A DNA stretch of 64,000 nucleotides from Eledone cirrhosa (Eukaryota): assembly GCA_964016885.1 (NCBI GenBank), contig OZ024744.1:65038001-65102000 (forward strand), given 5' to 3'. Both the position numbers and the translations under genes were made by a program. This document shows, piece by piece, positions 26,121-40,014 of the stretch. The notes under the pieces were generated by a model. It made no database searches. It was not told the origin of the DNA and saw only the letters and a list, made by a program, of their open reading frames with translations. Position 1 is the stretch's first letter, and each line of letters opens with the position of its first letter.

Positions 26121-26761
26121 ATATATATATTTATATATATATGTATATATATATATATATATGAGGAACGGACTTTGACTATGAAAACATTGTCTACTGA
26201 TTGGGCAATTAGATACGCAATCCTAATTAGTCAACTTGTTTACCATAAGTATAATTATACATGTGTATATATATATATATATTTTAGAGTTGAGACAGTA
26301 AACAAAAAACAAAAAAACAATGTGGAAGCGAAGAGGCAGTGCAAAATGTTAATATTAGTTTCACGCTATATATATCATCATATCATCATCATCATCATCG
26401 TTTAACGTCTCTCTTCCACGCTAGAATGGGTTTAGACGGGAATTTGTCCTACTTGAGGCAAGATTGGTCGGGTGACCATGTCTCGCTCGTGTAGGGCTGT
26501 CTGGCAGGTTTTCTATGGCTTGATGACCTTCCTAACACCAACCACGTTTACAGTGTGGAACTGGGAACTTTTTACCGTGTTACCTACACGGCCACATTAC
26601 AGCATGGACGGTGTGTTTTTTGGTCATGACACCTACACGGCCTCATTTGTTTCGGACTGGATGTTGTGGTACCAACATAACTTTACAGAGAAAGGGTGGT
26701 GTTGGTGGGAGTGGGGGGAGTAGGGGTAGTGGGATGGGGTATATATTTGGTTAGGAGGTGC

Positions 26762-29700
26762 TTACTGACTGTAGGTTTCGCTTTGTACATAAGTAAGGCG
26801 GGTCTTCTGTATTACTGTGTAGCGCCAAAGATCTCGGTCCAGTGACATTGTCTTAGAGAGGTGTAAATGTGTAAGGTCAGAATTTATCAAGTCGTCCCAG
26901 GTTTTTCTGGGTCTACCTACTCCGTAGCTATCATCTATTTTGATCGCCCCGCACTTTTTTATACAACTGTCGTCTTTCATGCGCATCACGTGTCCATACC
27001 AATGTAGTCTTCTTTCGAGTAAACAGCATCTGATCCCTCTTATTCCTAATTTCTCACTTAGTTCATTTATGCTTTGCCATTCGCCGATATTACTATTACA
27101 CATCCAACGGAGCATGCATGCTTCGTTCCTCTCCAGTCTGCGCAGGTCCTCTGCACGTAATGCCCATGTCTCACTGCCATGTAGCATTGCTGTTCGTATA
27201 CAGGCATCATACAATCTGCCTTTCATTTTTAGAGAGAAACCTTTAGTGGTCAATAGTGGTATAAGCTCTCTGAACTTTTTCCATCCCGTTCTGACTCTAG
27301 CTCCTGTACTTTCAGAGCACCCTCCACCACTGCTGATTTTGTCACCAGGTAACGGAAGGTGTCCACTATTTCTATAGAGCCATCTGGGCAATGGAAGGAG
27401 CTAGTATCCTGTGGGCACTTGCTACTAATTGCACTTGAGCATTGGCCACATATAAAATGTACGTTCTTAGATAGCTTACCACTACATCTTTTATGTACCC
27501 ATAGTTTGCATTTGGGACATAATATGGAATTTCCTATTACACTGAGCATGGCCATTTGCCAGAGGGGACCAGTGCCCTATTTTCCTTTCTACAAACTAGA
27601 ACTTTAGTCTTAGACAAGTTAACTTTAAGGCCTTTTGATGCTAGGCCATGCTTTCATGTTTGGAATTTCTTCTCTAGCTTGGCCATCGATTCAGCTATGA
27701 GAGTTAGATTATCTGCGTATAGAAGTTCCCATGGGCAGCCGGTCTTGAACTCCTCTGTTATAGCCTGAAGGGCAATAATAAATAGGAGGCTAAGGACAGA
27801 GCCTTGATGAACACCAACTTTTATGCTAAATTCTTCATTATATTCGTTGTTAATTATGACTGTTTCTTTATACATGGTTTATATAGCTCTCACAAGCCAT
27901 TCATCACATCTACACCTAGTTTTCTAAGAGTCCACCAGATAATGGAGCGGGGCATTATGTCAAAGGCTTTCTCCAAGTCAACAAAAGCTAAGTATAGGTG
28001 TTTACTTTTAGCTAGGTACTTCTCCTGTAGAGCATCCATGGTACTTTTACCTGACACAAACCCAAACTGCATTTCATCTAGATCAATTCGCTCTCTGATT
28101 AGTTGCGCTATAACTCTTTCTGTGACCTTCATGGCCTGGTCAATCAGTTTAATGCCTCTATAGTTTCCCCTATCTAGGATCGATTTGGGGCAGACTACCT
28201 TTTTCCCATTTATTCTCCTAATTTAGTAGCCTCTCGTAGTGACACTTCCAAGCTACCTTCTTATCAGCATCAGTGATGGCAAGTACACCATCATCATTAC
28301 GAACACACTTCTCCCCGACAATATCACAGTTTTCCTTGACACATTGTCTTGCAATCCTGAACACTTCACGTTTTTGGTCCTCATGTTGTAGAACATGCTT
28401 GAACTTTCTTTCCTCTGCATCCCTTCTTGCAAAGTACACTTCTCTCCTGGCCACTTGATAGTGTTCTCTACTTCCCCCATACTTTCCAAGCCTACTTTTT
28501 GGCCTTGATTGACTCCTCCACCTTACTATTCCAGCACAAAGTTACTCTCCTCCTGCCTATAGGTCCGCTCCAGCCACAGGTTTCATCTGTTGCCTTCAGC
28601 AGTTTAACTTTCAGGAATCCCACTGTTCCTCTATATTGTACATCTCTAATTACTCTTCCTTACTGTCAAAAGCATCAAGTAATATGCTTTTAAATGTGTT
28701 ACTGGCTGTGGGGTCCGTTAACTTCCATATTCTTCTCCTCAGGGTAGTCCTCCTCTGTTGTCGAGTACATCTAGTCCTGACTATGAGGCTATGTTGGGAG
28801 GTGCATTCTTCATGGGGGAGGGATTTAGTGTTTACAACAGACACTCTGTCACGTCTTCTAGTAAGGATATAATCTACCTGGCTGGCGTGTTCCCCTGATC
28901 TATAGGTGATCAAGTGATTGTCTCGTTTTTTGAAGTTTGTGTTACAGGTTATTAGCATCACAGAATTCCAGGATTCTGAAGCCTTCCTCATTTCTAGTAT
29001 CAAACCCATAGCTTCCATGGATGCTGTCATAGCTGTCACAATGTTGTCCAACATGACCATTTAGGTCGCCAGCAATAATTATGTAGTCACTGTCAGTTAT
29101 TTGGGAGGTAGTGAGCATTAGTGACTCATAGAATGTGTCTTTTATAGTGCCGGGCAGTCCGGATTGGGGTGCATAAACGGATATTATTGTCACAGTAGTT
29201 CTATTTAGAACTAGTCTTATTTTAATTATTCTGTCGTTCACTCTATTTACGGCAATTACCTTATCTACCCATTTTTCTACTAACATGCTTCCTACCCCAC
29301 CCAGCCCATTGTCATTTCCCACCCAGAAAAGTTTATAGCATCGTTTTTTACCCACAATGAATCTAGCAGACCCACCCCTCCACCTAGTCTCTTGAACACA
29401 ACAAACATCAACTTCCATACGTTCAAGCATCTCTACAACCTACATTCATGGTACAAACTCTGAAGTTTTGGATTTCGTTGGGTGGGTGGAAGGGATGGGT
29501 TGGAGGTGCAGGGAGGGCTGAGGGAGATGGGGTTATGTTAGCCATCCGTGTCTGAAATAATGATGAGTTCTTGCATTCTCGTCCAGCAACAGGAGGTGAA
29601 TTTATCTTTATCTTTGACATTGACATTGAGTGTTCACATTCTTTAGACTCTCCAAATCCCGTAGTCCATCTAGCATATCGAGGAGGGAGTACTAGCCGAG

Positions 29701-29860
29701 GCGGTGGTTTTGTGAAAGAGATTGGGGAGAGAAACATATTATAAGCCGCTGAATTATGATTGGACCAAATAGTAATGGTGTCATGTGGGTGTAGGGGGTT
29801 GTGGAATGGGAAGGTTAAGGAGCAGAATTTTTCTGAGGGTCCTACACATTTGACCATAAT
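26762..29860 (-). mobile_element. RTE-clade LINE, near full length, frameshifted, with an internal deletion near 28185
   Basis: APE motifs TMNVG, CVQETRW, YAPQ, GDLNGHVG, SQVDYIL; RT motifs AFVDLEKAFD, GVHQGSVLS, LLYADNL; C-terminal RLHWYGHV and GRPRKTW. 5' boundary uncertain. Confidence 0.95.
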
Positions 29861-29974
29861 TATGAGAAGTTAAACGAGAAGTTTAATATAAATAAATACC
29901 GATGGACCAGGGATGTTGGAGAGACAAGAAAATGAAGTGAAAATACATTACATTTCTCAACATGGCATGTAATG

Positions 29975-30013
<39 letters not shown>

Positions 30014-30161
30014 TATATACATATATATATATATATCATCAGCAGCATCATCTTCAGTATTTAATGTCTGTTTTCCCTGCTTGCAATATATATATATATA
30101 TATCTATATATATATATATAAACATATAAACATACACATGCATACATGCATACATACATGC

Positions 30162-30194
<33 letters not shown>

Positions 30195-30964
30195 CATAAT
30201 AGATATGTGTGTGTGCGTCAGTCACCATGAATGAGTTGCCACTGACAGGTGGTGACATTTGTTTATGTCCAACATCAACATTGCATCCAGCAGTGTAACA
30301 GTTCAAAGAATGTCGGTGGAATATATACCATACTTAAAATGAAACAAGGGCTGGCATCAAAGAGGAAATTCCTTAAAATGTTTCGTCTAACATATGATGG
30401 CATGGTGGAACGCTGTACTGCACATCTAACAACTCCTGCCAGCAGAGAAAGACAGTTTCCTCCCCGACCTACCCTTCTTCCACTTGTCCAACTCCTTCCA
30501 GCATGAAAAGGCAGCCTTCATCTTCATCTCCACCCTCATCCATATCAACTTACAAAGATGGATATTCTCCAACTACCCCCTCCAACACATGCTAACATAG
30601 AAAGACAGTTTCCTGCCCCACCTCCTCTTGTTCCACTTGTCCAACTCCTTCCAGCATGGAAAGACAGCCTTCATCTTCAGCTCCACCCTCATCCATATCA
30701 ACATACCACAATAAAATGCTTGGTTAGGGTTTGGAAAGACATCTGACTGAGCAGGACATACCAAAACAAAAAGAGAGTGTATGAATTAGACATGGTTTCC
30801 TGTCTAGCCTACTCTCAGAGCATGACAGCCTATCTGGTGCAGGTGGACTTGTGAAATAGATGTTTAAAGATTATGAGGGTATACCCCACCTTCACCATGT
30901 GTTCCACACCATTGATGCACATCTCTTGTCCAACCCATACAAGCATGCATTGATATTTGAACAG

Positions 30965-31312
30965 TGCTGGTACCACAACAAAAAGTACCCAGTCCACCTT
31001 GTAAGCTAGTCCTGCAGGTACCACGATAAAGAAGTACCCTCTCCACCCTGTAAGATGGTCATACAGGTACCCCAATGAAAAGCGACCAGTCCACTCTATA
31101 AAGTGGTTGTGTTGGTACCACGACAAAAAACCCCACTTAATTCACCCTGTTTAGTGGTCATACTGGTGCTATAACCAGAAAGCACCCAGTTCACCTTGTT
31201 TGGTGGTCATACAGGTACTACAACAAAATGCACCCAGTCCACTCTGTAAAAGTGGTTGTATTGGTACCACAAAAAAAAAGAATCCAGTTCACCCTGTAAG
31301 GTAGTAGTTGTT
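30965..31312. repeat. Diverged ~49-bp tandem array (~7 units) of the same SINE-internal unit as 8365-9625, opposite strand
   Basis: Repeats of GGTACCAC..AAAA.CACCCAGTCCACCCTGTAA.GTGGT. Confidence 0.75.
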
Positions 31313-33024
31313 AGGGAGCTTGACTTAGGATCATAAGGTCATGTTTGAATCCCTGGTAGTGTATTGTGTCCTTTCATATTGCTCTGGTACACTCAGCTGG
31401 CAAAAACGGGCTGTATCCAGCGCTTGGGTGTTTTTAAGTGAAGGACTCCAATGGCCAGGGGGGACCATCTTCCTGGCGAAACATTTTTCTACCTCCTTCT
31501 GGGCCCAAGTAGTGGTGGTAGTAGTAGTAGTAGCAGTATCAGTTGCTAAAATTATTATTATCATCATTAGTATTACAATAGCAATGTATGTAGAAAGAGG
31601 AACATCCCACTTTCCATTCAAACCAGACATAAATCTTTTTTGGAGCTAAATATGTCAAGACTGAAAAAACAAAAACATAAACGAAAACAAAAAACAACAA
31701 CAACAACAAAAAATCTTGTAATCTTTTGCTGTAAACTTGGAGCCTCAGCTTTAGATTGTAAAGAGAACCAGATATGTTTATAGAACTTTACACACACACA
31801 CACACACCCTCCACACACCCTGTTCACTACAAAAGAACAGGTAGGTTAAAGATGAGACTTGTGTCTGCTTAAAGATTTCCTCTACTTAAAGATTGGTAAT
31901 TCAAGTAAGAAAACATGTTAGTGTTGGAATGGTGATAAGGATGATTTGTGGAGTAATGGTTTATATGAGGAGAGAATATTTTTAGAAACCAGATTGGGGA
32001 AACTTGAACAAAAATAAAACTTATTTTACACTTTCTTGTAGTGACTTTTGACATTCAAAAAAGACTATTTGAGTTTGATCCATCATTAACCCATTACCAT
32101 ATTTCTTACCGAAACACTACTTATATATTTGAAAATAATTAAGAATTTGAAGGCATGCAGTAATATAGCTAACTTTCTCGTTATTAAGCTGGTGTTTGGA
32201 ACATAACTTAAAGGTTCTTGATGGAGATGGAAGGTCTTTAGATAAATACAGACTTTAACCCTTTTGCATTCACATTACTCTATATATATTATTGTATTTT
32301 TGTAGTAAACGCTTTATCTTACATAATTATCGCACATAATATCGAATCTGTGAAATTTTGATGCTATTTATTTTGAGAACACTACCTTAACATCAGTATA
32401 AGCAGCCAGTTTCAACTGGTTTGAACAGAAAGAGGTGAGACATTTCTAGCCGGATCTGGCCGATTTGAATGCTAAAGGGTTAAAATAAAGTCTTGTATCT
32501 TGTTGGTTTAAAATAGACAGAGTTGGCTATTATGGTACTAAGGTTGAGTTTAAGTAGCTCAGATGCTAGATTCACTACTGATATCATTATCAACATTTTA
32601 CATCCGCTGTTCCATGCTTGCAGTACAGTATCTCTCCACTTGTTGCCTTCTTTTGTCATCTCTACTCAAGTTCTCTGTGTTCACTGCCTATGTCACACTA
32701 CCATGCAGCATCGTACTTCATACACAGGTGTCATACAGCTGACCTTTCATTTGTTGAGAGAAACCTTTTGGAAAAGGTTTATATTATTTTTTATTTTATT
32801 ATTATTGTCATTTTTATTTGCCCTGAACATCTACTACATACAAAGTTTTCCTTTACTGTTAGTCCACCTGTTATCTCCCTACACATCTTGTGTACATTGT
32901 GTAGCATTTTAGCCACTCCTTTTTTACATATCAATGAAGGCCACTCCCCCGTTGAAATTAGTACCCTTTAGATATATATATGTATACACACACACACGCA
33001 TACACACATATATATATATATACA

Positions 33025-33056
<32 letters not shown>

Positions 33057-33057
33057 A

Positions 33058-34971
33058 TCATCATCATCATCATCATTTTACTTATGCTTGCAAGGGTGGG
33101 ACGAGTTCTATTCAGCACAGCATCTCTCCACTTGTCACGGTCCTTTGTCATCTCCTCCGTGAGCTTCAGCGATCTGAGGTCTGCTCTCACCACCTCTGCC
33201 CATGTTTTTCGTGGTCTTCCTCTACTACGTCTTCCTTCTACTGGCATTTCTTGGCACTTCTTTACCCATCTGTCATCCTCCATGCGCTTCACATGTCCAT
33301 ACCCCCTCAGTCTCCCCTCTCACACACTACATTCTATCCCTCTCAGACACAGTTTCTCTCTCAACACATTCATGCTCGGTCGTTCACGCACATTGACATT
33401 GCACATCCAACGGAGCATGCTTGCTTCATTTCTCTCCAGCCATCGCATATCCTCTGCAGTTGCTGCCCATGTCTCACTACCATTCAGCATCACACTCCTC
33501 ACGCAGGCATCATATAACCAGCCTTTCATATGCAGGGAGAAACCCTTCTTCGTCAGCAGAGGAAGCAGCTCCCTAAACTTCTTCCAACCCATCCTTATTC
33601 TAGATACTATGGCCTCGGAACACCCCCCTCCTAATCTGATCACCTGCATTTGAAAAATGTGTCTATCAATGCGACTTCTGCTGTCAAATTTCCCTGTACA
33701 TCTACTGCATACGTATTTCTCCCTACCTGTTAGTTTGCCTGCTATCCCACTACATCTCTTGTGTACCCAGGATCTGCATTATGTACATTTTATAGAATTT
33801 ATGCCAGTTCCTTTTCTACATATCGAACATGGCTATTTCCCTGATGGAATAAGAGTTTTGTCCTCTTTTCTATTCATCAACACTTTTGTCTTAGCTAGGT
33901 TCACTCTCAGTCCTCTTGATTCCAACTGCTGTTTCCATAGCCAGAATTTATTTTCTAGGTCCTCTACTGATTCTGCTATAAGAACCAGTACGTCAGCATA
34001 GAGAAGTTCCCATGGACAGCCAATCTTAAACTCCTCTGTTATGGCTTGGAGGACTATAATGAACAAGAGTGGGCCGAGGACCGAACCCTAATGTACTCCT
34101 ACTTGTATCTGGAATTCCTCACTAAACTCCATTCCTACCCTGACTTTACTGACAGTACCTCTGTACAAAGTTTGCACTATCCTCACAAGCCATTCTTCAA
34201 CATCTAGTTTCCTTAGGGACCACCAGATGACAGATCAGGGTACCCTATCAAAGGCCTTCTTTAGGTAAACAAAGGCTAAGTATAGTGGCTTATTTTTCTC
34301 TAAGAACCTCTCTTGCAATTGTCTCACCAAGAAGAGGGCATCTGTTGTACTTTTCCCAGGCACAAAACCAAACTGCATCTCATCTAGTTTAACCCTTTCT
34401 CTAATTCCTTTCTCTAATTAATTGTGCTAATATCCTTTCTGCCACTTTCATAACCTGATCCATCAGTTTTATACCCCTATAATTGCTCTCCAGAGCATCC
34501 CCTTTATCTTTGTAGCAATTTATGAGAATACTGCTGCACCAGTCTTTGGGTATAACACCACCATATATAGCTTGATTGATGATGCATGCAACCAGTTTAG
34601 TGCCTATGTCCCCTGATGCCTTCAGTTTAGTGTCTACGTCCCCTGATGCCTATTCCCGATGGTCCAGCAGCCTTACCATTTTTCATTTCCTTAATCGCCT
34701 CTTGGACCCTATATTCGTCAATCTCAATAGCTGGTCCCTCTGTTGGATCTACTGAGGGTAATTTCTCTCTCTCCCATTCGTTCTCCACATTCATCAGTCT
34801 CTCATAATGACATTTCCAGGCCTCCTTTTTCTGATCATTCATGACACTAAGTACACCGGCATCATTCCGGACACATTTATCTCCAACAACATCCTGATTT
34901 ACATTGACACACTGCCTTGCAATGTGGAACACCACATGCCTCTGATCTTCCCATCTCAGCCTCCCTGCGTG

Positions 34972-34972
<1 letters not shown>
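33058..34972 (-). mobile_element. RTE LINE, RT half with intact 3' end and (CAT)n tail; pseudogenised
   Basis: GKAAGPSGI, MQFGFVPGKSTTDA, LLYADVL, NGSETW, GRPRKTWAEVV; ends at a TA tract at 34972. Confidence 0.95.
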
Positions 34973-35022
<50 letters not shown>

Positions 35023-35089
35023 CAAGGTTTAGCAAATAAGAAAAAGTTTTAAAATAAATTTTAAAAAGTCCATTGTACCTGCTGTAATT

Positions 35090-35174
35090 ACCCTTACCGT
35101 ACGGTTTCAAGTCTAGAAATAAATGGATAATCCATACGGAAATCCATTGAAAAGGAAGACTCTCATCAGAGGGT
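35090..35174 (-). ncRNA. Canonical minimal type I hammerhead ribozyme motif in PLE-like insert 35020-35490
   Basis: ACCCT-CTGATGA-GAGTCT..AGACTT-GAAA-CCGTACGG-TA-AGGGT; all three stems pair; stem III ACCGTACGGT is palindromic. Confidence 0.88.
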
Positions 35175-35485
35175 TCTTTTCGCTCGGAGAATATAAAATT
35201 CCCGAGTTCAAATCACGAACTGGCGCCATTCAAAATTGTTCCCGAGATGAGAGTGTATGATGAAGAAGCAATTCTGTCCAGTGCTGTGTGTAAAGATAGA
35301 AGGCAGAGGCGGAAAGGTCAATCTACTGCCACTAGAAATAGCAGCAGTTAAAACGACCAACATGTTATCTCGACCAGGGGAGATTAATAATAATAAGGTA
35401 TGTATCCCTATATGCAAAATACATATAGGGACACATGTATTATCCAAGCGTATGCCAATGAGGTTCTATGGCAGGTTAATAAATT

Positions 35486-35542
<57 letters not shown>

Positions 35543-35729
35543 GATAAATCTACCAAAATATACGGTAGTGTCCAATCTGTATGAAGAACTCAATGTAATC
35601 CAAATATCATGAAAAGAGAAGATGCATTCAAAAATTTTCGATAAAAATCATAGGAAAACAGAGTCAAGATAAATTAATAAAAACAATGAAATAAAAACAA
35701 AGAACAAGTTCCTTATATTAAAAAATTCA

Positions 35730-35859
35730 TCATTTTACGATCGTTTCTAGGATGTATATGTGTGTTGGTATGTATATCATATAGATCTATGTAATAATAT
35801 TACAAATTATCAGAGGAAATATACATACCTTCACATATACAAGCCGTCCTCAGAAATGA
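35730..35859 (-). ncRNA. Type I hammerhead motif with ~95-nt extended stem II
   Basis: TCATTT-CTGAGGA-CGG..TGTATATGTG..GGTATGTATAT..ATATACATACC..CACATATACA..-GAAA-CGATCG-TA-AAATGA. Confidence 0.75.
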
Positions 35860-35920
35860 GGACGGCTTGTATATTGTTTTTATTTCATTGTTTTTATTAA
35901 TTTATATTTATATATATATA

Positions 35921-36450
35921 TGTAATCTGAGTTTTTCGAATATTAATAATAACATTCGATTCGTTTACAATTATGCAAACAGGCCTCAATTTTATAGCCA
36001 TGTCAGTAGAATGAACACTTCATTCTTGCTCTTGTGTTGGCATGCAAACAGAATGGCAGACACTAATGTTTCTGGGTATCACCCTTCATCAGTACAGCTC
36101 ACTGTTCACCTGCCAAACTGTCAGAGCTAGTGAAAATATATGGTATTTTCAAAAATACACAGTGACTAATCGGCCTGATTTGCATATTAGTAGACTGGCT
36201 GATCGGTCAGATCTGCATATTAGCAGATCCACTGATCAGCCAGATTTGCATATCAGCAGACTGGTCAGTCAGTTTCCTGTATACAAGCGATAAATGGCCG
36301 GCTTTGCCAAATTCAAATAAAGTGTCCATTCTACTGACATGGCTATAAAATTGAGGCTTGTTTGCATAATTGCAAACGAATCGAATGTTATTAATATTCG
36401 AAAAACTCAGATTACATTTATTGTATTCAGCCATGTAGAGCGAAATTTTC
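35921..36450 (-). mobile_element. Fold-back element: ~100-bp inverted repeats (35921-36020 and 36320-36417) enclosing a hammerhead at 36056-36095
   Basis: Minus strand GTA-CTGATGA-AGGGTGATACCCA-GAAA-CATTAGTG-TC-TGC; ~30-nt extension beyond the right repeat. Confidence 0.82.
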
Positions 36451-36861
36451 TTCATCATCATCATCATCATCATTTTACGTCTGCTTTTCCCTGCTTGCAT
36501 ATATACATACATATAGTGAAGACAGGGGGTGAGGCTGTGAAGACTGATGTTAAAAAAGTAAATCTCACAACAGAAATGTCAAAGAACTGCCACTGCTGGT
36601 GCTATGTTGTGCTGGTGAAGACCCACCCTACAGCACACAATGTGGCCTGAATTATTCCTGTGTCTCCACTTGCCACTAGCTTTCTCTAACAGCTATTCTC
36701 AGTGTTACTACACCACCCTCACCACACACACATACCCATGCCCTCCCCAACACTCATTCCTTAGCCACTGTCTTGTTAAAAGTCTCTAAACTCCTTCACT
36801 ATAATACTCTATAGCTACTCTCCTCACTCTTATGCACCCCATCCATGCATCCTTTATAAGC

Positions 36862-37905
36862 ACTTCTAATATAGGTTAGTGATTAGTGACTTTAGAGTAC
36901 AAGCTAGACAGACACAAAAAACTGAGACAGACTGGAGAAGAGGGGCATTGAAGCTTAAAGAGCCTTCAAATAGCCAGAAGTTTAGAAACATACTAGAGGC
37001 AGCAATTGATATGAAAGATGAGGAGTTAGAAATTTGCAATATAGAGGACAACAGGGGACTCCTATGGGACAGCCTAATGAGGGTCACAGATAAGATCTGT
37101 TGATGGAGAATGGTACCAGCTAGGTGGAAGATGATGCAGTGATGGCACTGAAAGCCATGAAAGCTAAGAGACAGGTAGCTAGAAGAGAAGCTTGGCATCA
37201 GGTTTATTTTGAAAGAGGTGAGGCAGAAAGTAAGAGGTTTGTCATTGTTCTACAACTTGAGGATCAGAGGCACGAAATGTTCTAGATTACAAGACAATAT
37301 ACACAAGACCAACAATTTTGGGGAAGGGATGTCGATTAAATCGACACACTTTATTTTATCGACCCTCTAAGAAAGAAAGGCAAAGCTAACCTTGGCAGGA
37401 TTTGAACTCAGAACGTAAAGGGAAGTAATGGCTCACTTACCATTACTGACACTTGAGAAATGGATGCATGGAAGCGTTACTATGAGAATAATGAATGTGA
37501 GAGTGAGGATATACACTAATGAAATGAGATAAATGAGATCGAGATCGAGATCGTGTAGGTGTCACGAGAAAAAAAACACACAGTCCACGCTGTAATGTGG
37601 CCATGTAGGTAACACGGTAAAAAGTTCCCAGTTCCACACTGTAAATGTGGTTGGTGTTAGGAAGGGCATCCAGCCGTAGAAAACCTGCCAGATAGTCCTA
37701 TATGAGCGAGACACGGTCACCCGACCAAACCTTGCCTCAAGTGGGACAACTTCCATCTAACCCATGCTAGCATGGAAAGTGGATGTTAAACGAGGATGAT
37801 GATGATGATAATGAACATAACTGAGGGGACCAGCCATCAAAGTTGGCAGCAAATAGATAAGGTGATTAAGAAAATGAAAATCAGGAAGGCAGCTGACCCT
37901 TCAAA
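36862..37905 (+). mobile_element. Old RTE LINE fragments (APE-RT linker) interrupted by SINEs
   Basis: VISDFRV..LKLKEPSNSQKF..LWDSLMRVTDKIC; EGPAI..KKMKIRKAADPS at 37822-37905. Confidence 0.7.
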
Positions 37906-37929
37906 TATTTTGTAGGATTTTGTAGGACT

Positions 37930-39722
37930 CTGTCATTCATGAACACTAACATTATACATTTCGTAGTGTATGCTGGCTTCATTTCTTTTCAGCCATCATA
38001 TACTTTTGAACACAAGGCCCACATCTCACTACCATGTAGAATTGCAGTTCAAACACATGTATCATATAATCTTCCCTTCACTCTGAGAGAGAAGCCTTTT
38101 GTTGACAACAGAGGTAACAGTTTCCTGAATTTCTTCCAGCCTGCTCTCTCTCTCTAGTTACAACACTTTCAGCACATCCATTTGCACAACTAATGAGGTC
38201 ACCTAGATAGCAAAAGCTTTCTACCACTTCCAGTGAGCTTGCTAAACATTTGAGAGAGTTTATTTCATGAGTATATTTACTGTTGACTTCTCTTGTGCAT
38301 CTGTCTCATATGAAGACTATCTTCTCTGTTAGCCTGCATCTGATCACACTACATCTCTTAAGTGTTCATACTCTTCCTACATCTTTTTTACACAATGAGC
38401 ACAGCCATTTCTCTGGTGGTAACAGACTACTATCCTCTTTTCTACTTAATAAAACTTTAGTATTTATTAGGTTTACTATGAAGCCCTTTCATTCCAGATT
38501 TTGCTTCCATAAGAACTTAATCATCAGCATATAGGAGCTTCCACAGACAACCAGTCTTGGATTCCTGTTGTAGCATGAAGGACTATAATGAACAGAAGGG
38601 GACTGAGGACTGTGACATGGTGGACACCCACCTGCACACTAGACACATAGCCGTACTCATTGCTGGTTGCATCACTGTACAGAGCTTATATAGCACTCAA
38701 GCTATTCCCCTATCCCAAGCTTCTTAAGTATCTACCAAGTTACAGAGTGTAGGATTCTGTCAAAGGTCTCATCTAGGCTGGCAAATGATAGATATAGAGG
38801 TTTACTCTTAGCTAGGTACTTCTCTTGCTAAAAATATGGCATTGGTGGTGTTTCTCCCAGGTAAAAAGTCAAACTACATCTCATCAAAATTAATTATATA
38901 CCTAAACAATTGTTCAATTACTATCTCTATGACATCCATAACCTGGTCTAACAGTAATTTCCTCTCTCTAGAGCAGGGGTGTGTAACAGGCGGCCCACGG
39001 GCCACAATCCGGTCCATCAGACCAGTCAGAGTGGACCGCAGAGACCGTTTTTAATTTTTACCTTGTAGGCTTATTTAGAATTTTTTTTTGTAACCGTAAC
39101 ACAATTTTCTGTTAGTTGACCTATACTAAAGGGCTTCACTGGATAGGATTATGTGTGTTATAATTTCCCAGTTCCATGTTATGGAAAGAAGTTATGGTGA
39201 ATCTTTGGAATAGTGCTTAATAAATATTAATGGCCCTAATAGTTGTTCCAATGTTCAAAAGTGGCCCGCCAATGGAATATGTTGCACACCCCCTGCCTTT
39301 GTGCATCTCTTTTGTCCTTACAGCAGTTGACAAAGATGTTGTTATGCAAATAATTGAGTATCACACCTTCCTACACTACCTGGTTAACTATGTGTGTGAC
39401 TATCTTCTGGCCTACAACACCAGACAGCTTAATCCTTTCAACAATCCCTCATGGACCGGCTGCTTTTCCTATCTTCATATCTGTAATCACTTTATCTCCA
39501 ATACCGCTGTCAGCTTTGATGTCTGGTCTCTCTGTTGGGTCTACTTAGGGTAGACACTCATTCTCCAATGTATTCTCTGCATTCAATAACGTCTTGTAGT
39601 AACACTTCCATGTATCTTTCTTTTCAGCGTCAGTAAGTCTATGTGAGCTGCTGTCATTCCACAGACACTTCCCTTCCATATCTGATACCCCTGATCCTCA
39701 TGTTGCAGAACATTGGCAAATC
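37930..39722 (-). mobile_element. Old, heavily decayed RTE LINE RT region
   Basis: Colinear with 33420-34970; FANVLQHEDQ at the 5' end; interrupted by a hAT MITE. Confidence 0.85.
38974..39295. mobile_element. hAT (Charlie-like) MITE inserted in the RTE
   Basis: TIRs CAGGGGTGTG.AAC / GTT.CACACCCC(C)TG, internal GGCCC motifs, left target CTCTAGAG; right TSD degenerate. Confidence 0.75.
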
Positions 39723-39843
39723 TTATATATACATATATACAAAGAATATTTGTACATAGATATATGATACATGCACACATACCTATATGTGAGTATAAGT
39801 GCCTGTGTGTGTGTATGTATCTTTATATATATATACATAAATG

Positions 39844-40010
39844 TACATATATGTGTGTTTGAACAATAAAAGGCAGAAGTCAGGTATAGGTAGAACCAAG
39901 TCTCTACCTACACCTGACTTCTCTCTCTTTTTTTTTTTTTGTTCGAACACACATATATGTAACTGACTCTGTAACCCAGATTAATTTTCTTTGAGAATAC
40001 CTTAGCCGGT
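39844..40010. repeat. Asymmetric imperfect palindrome (39844-39961) with right extension
   Basis: ACATATATGTGTGTT.GAACAA..AGAAGTCAGGT.TAGGTAGA and its complement. Confidence 0.7.
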
Positions 40011-40014
40011 GATC

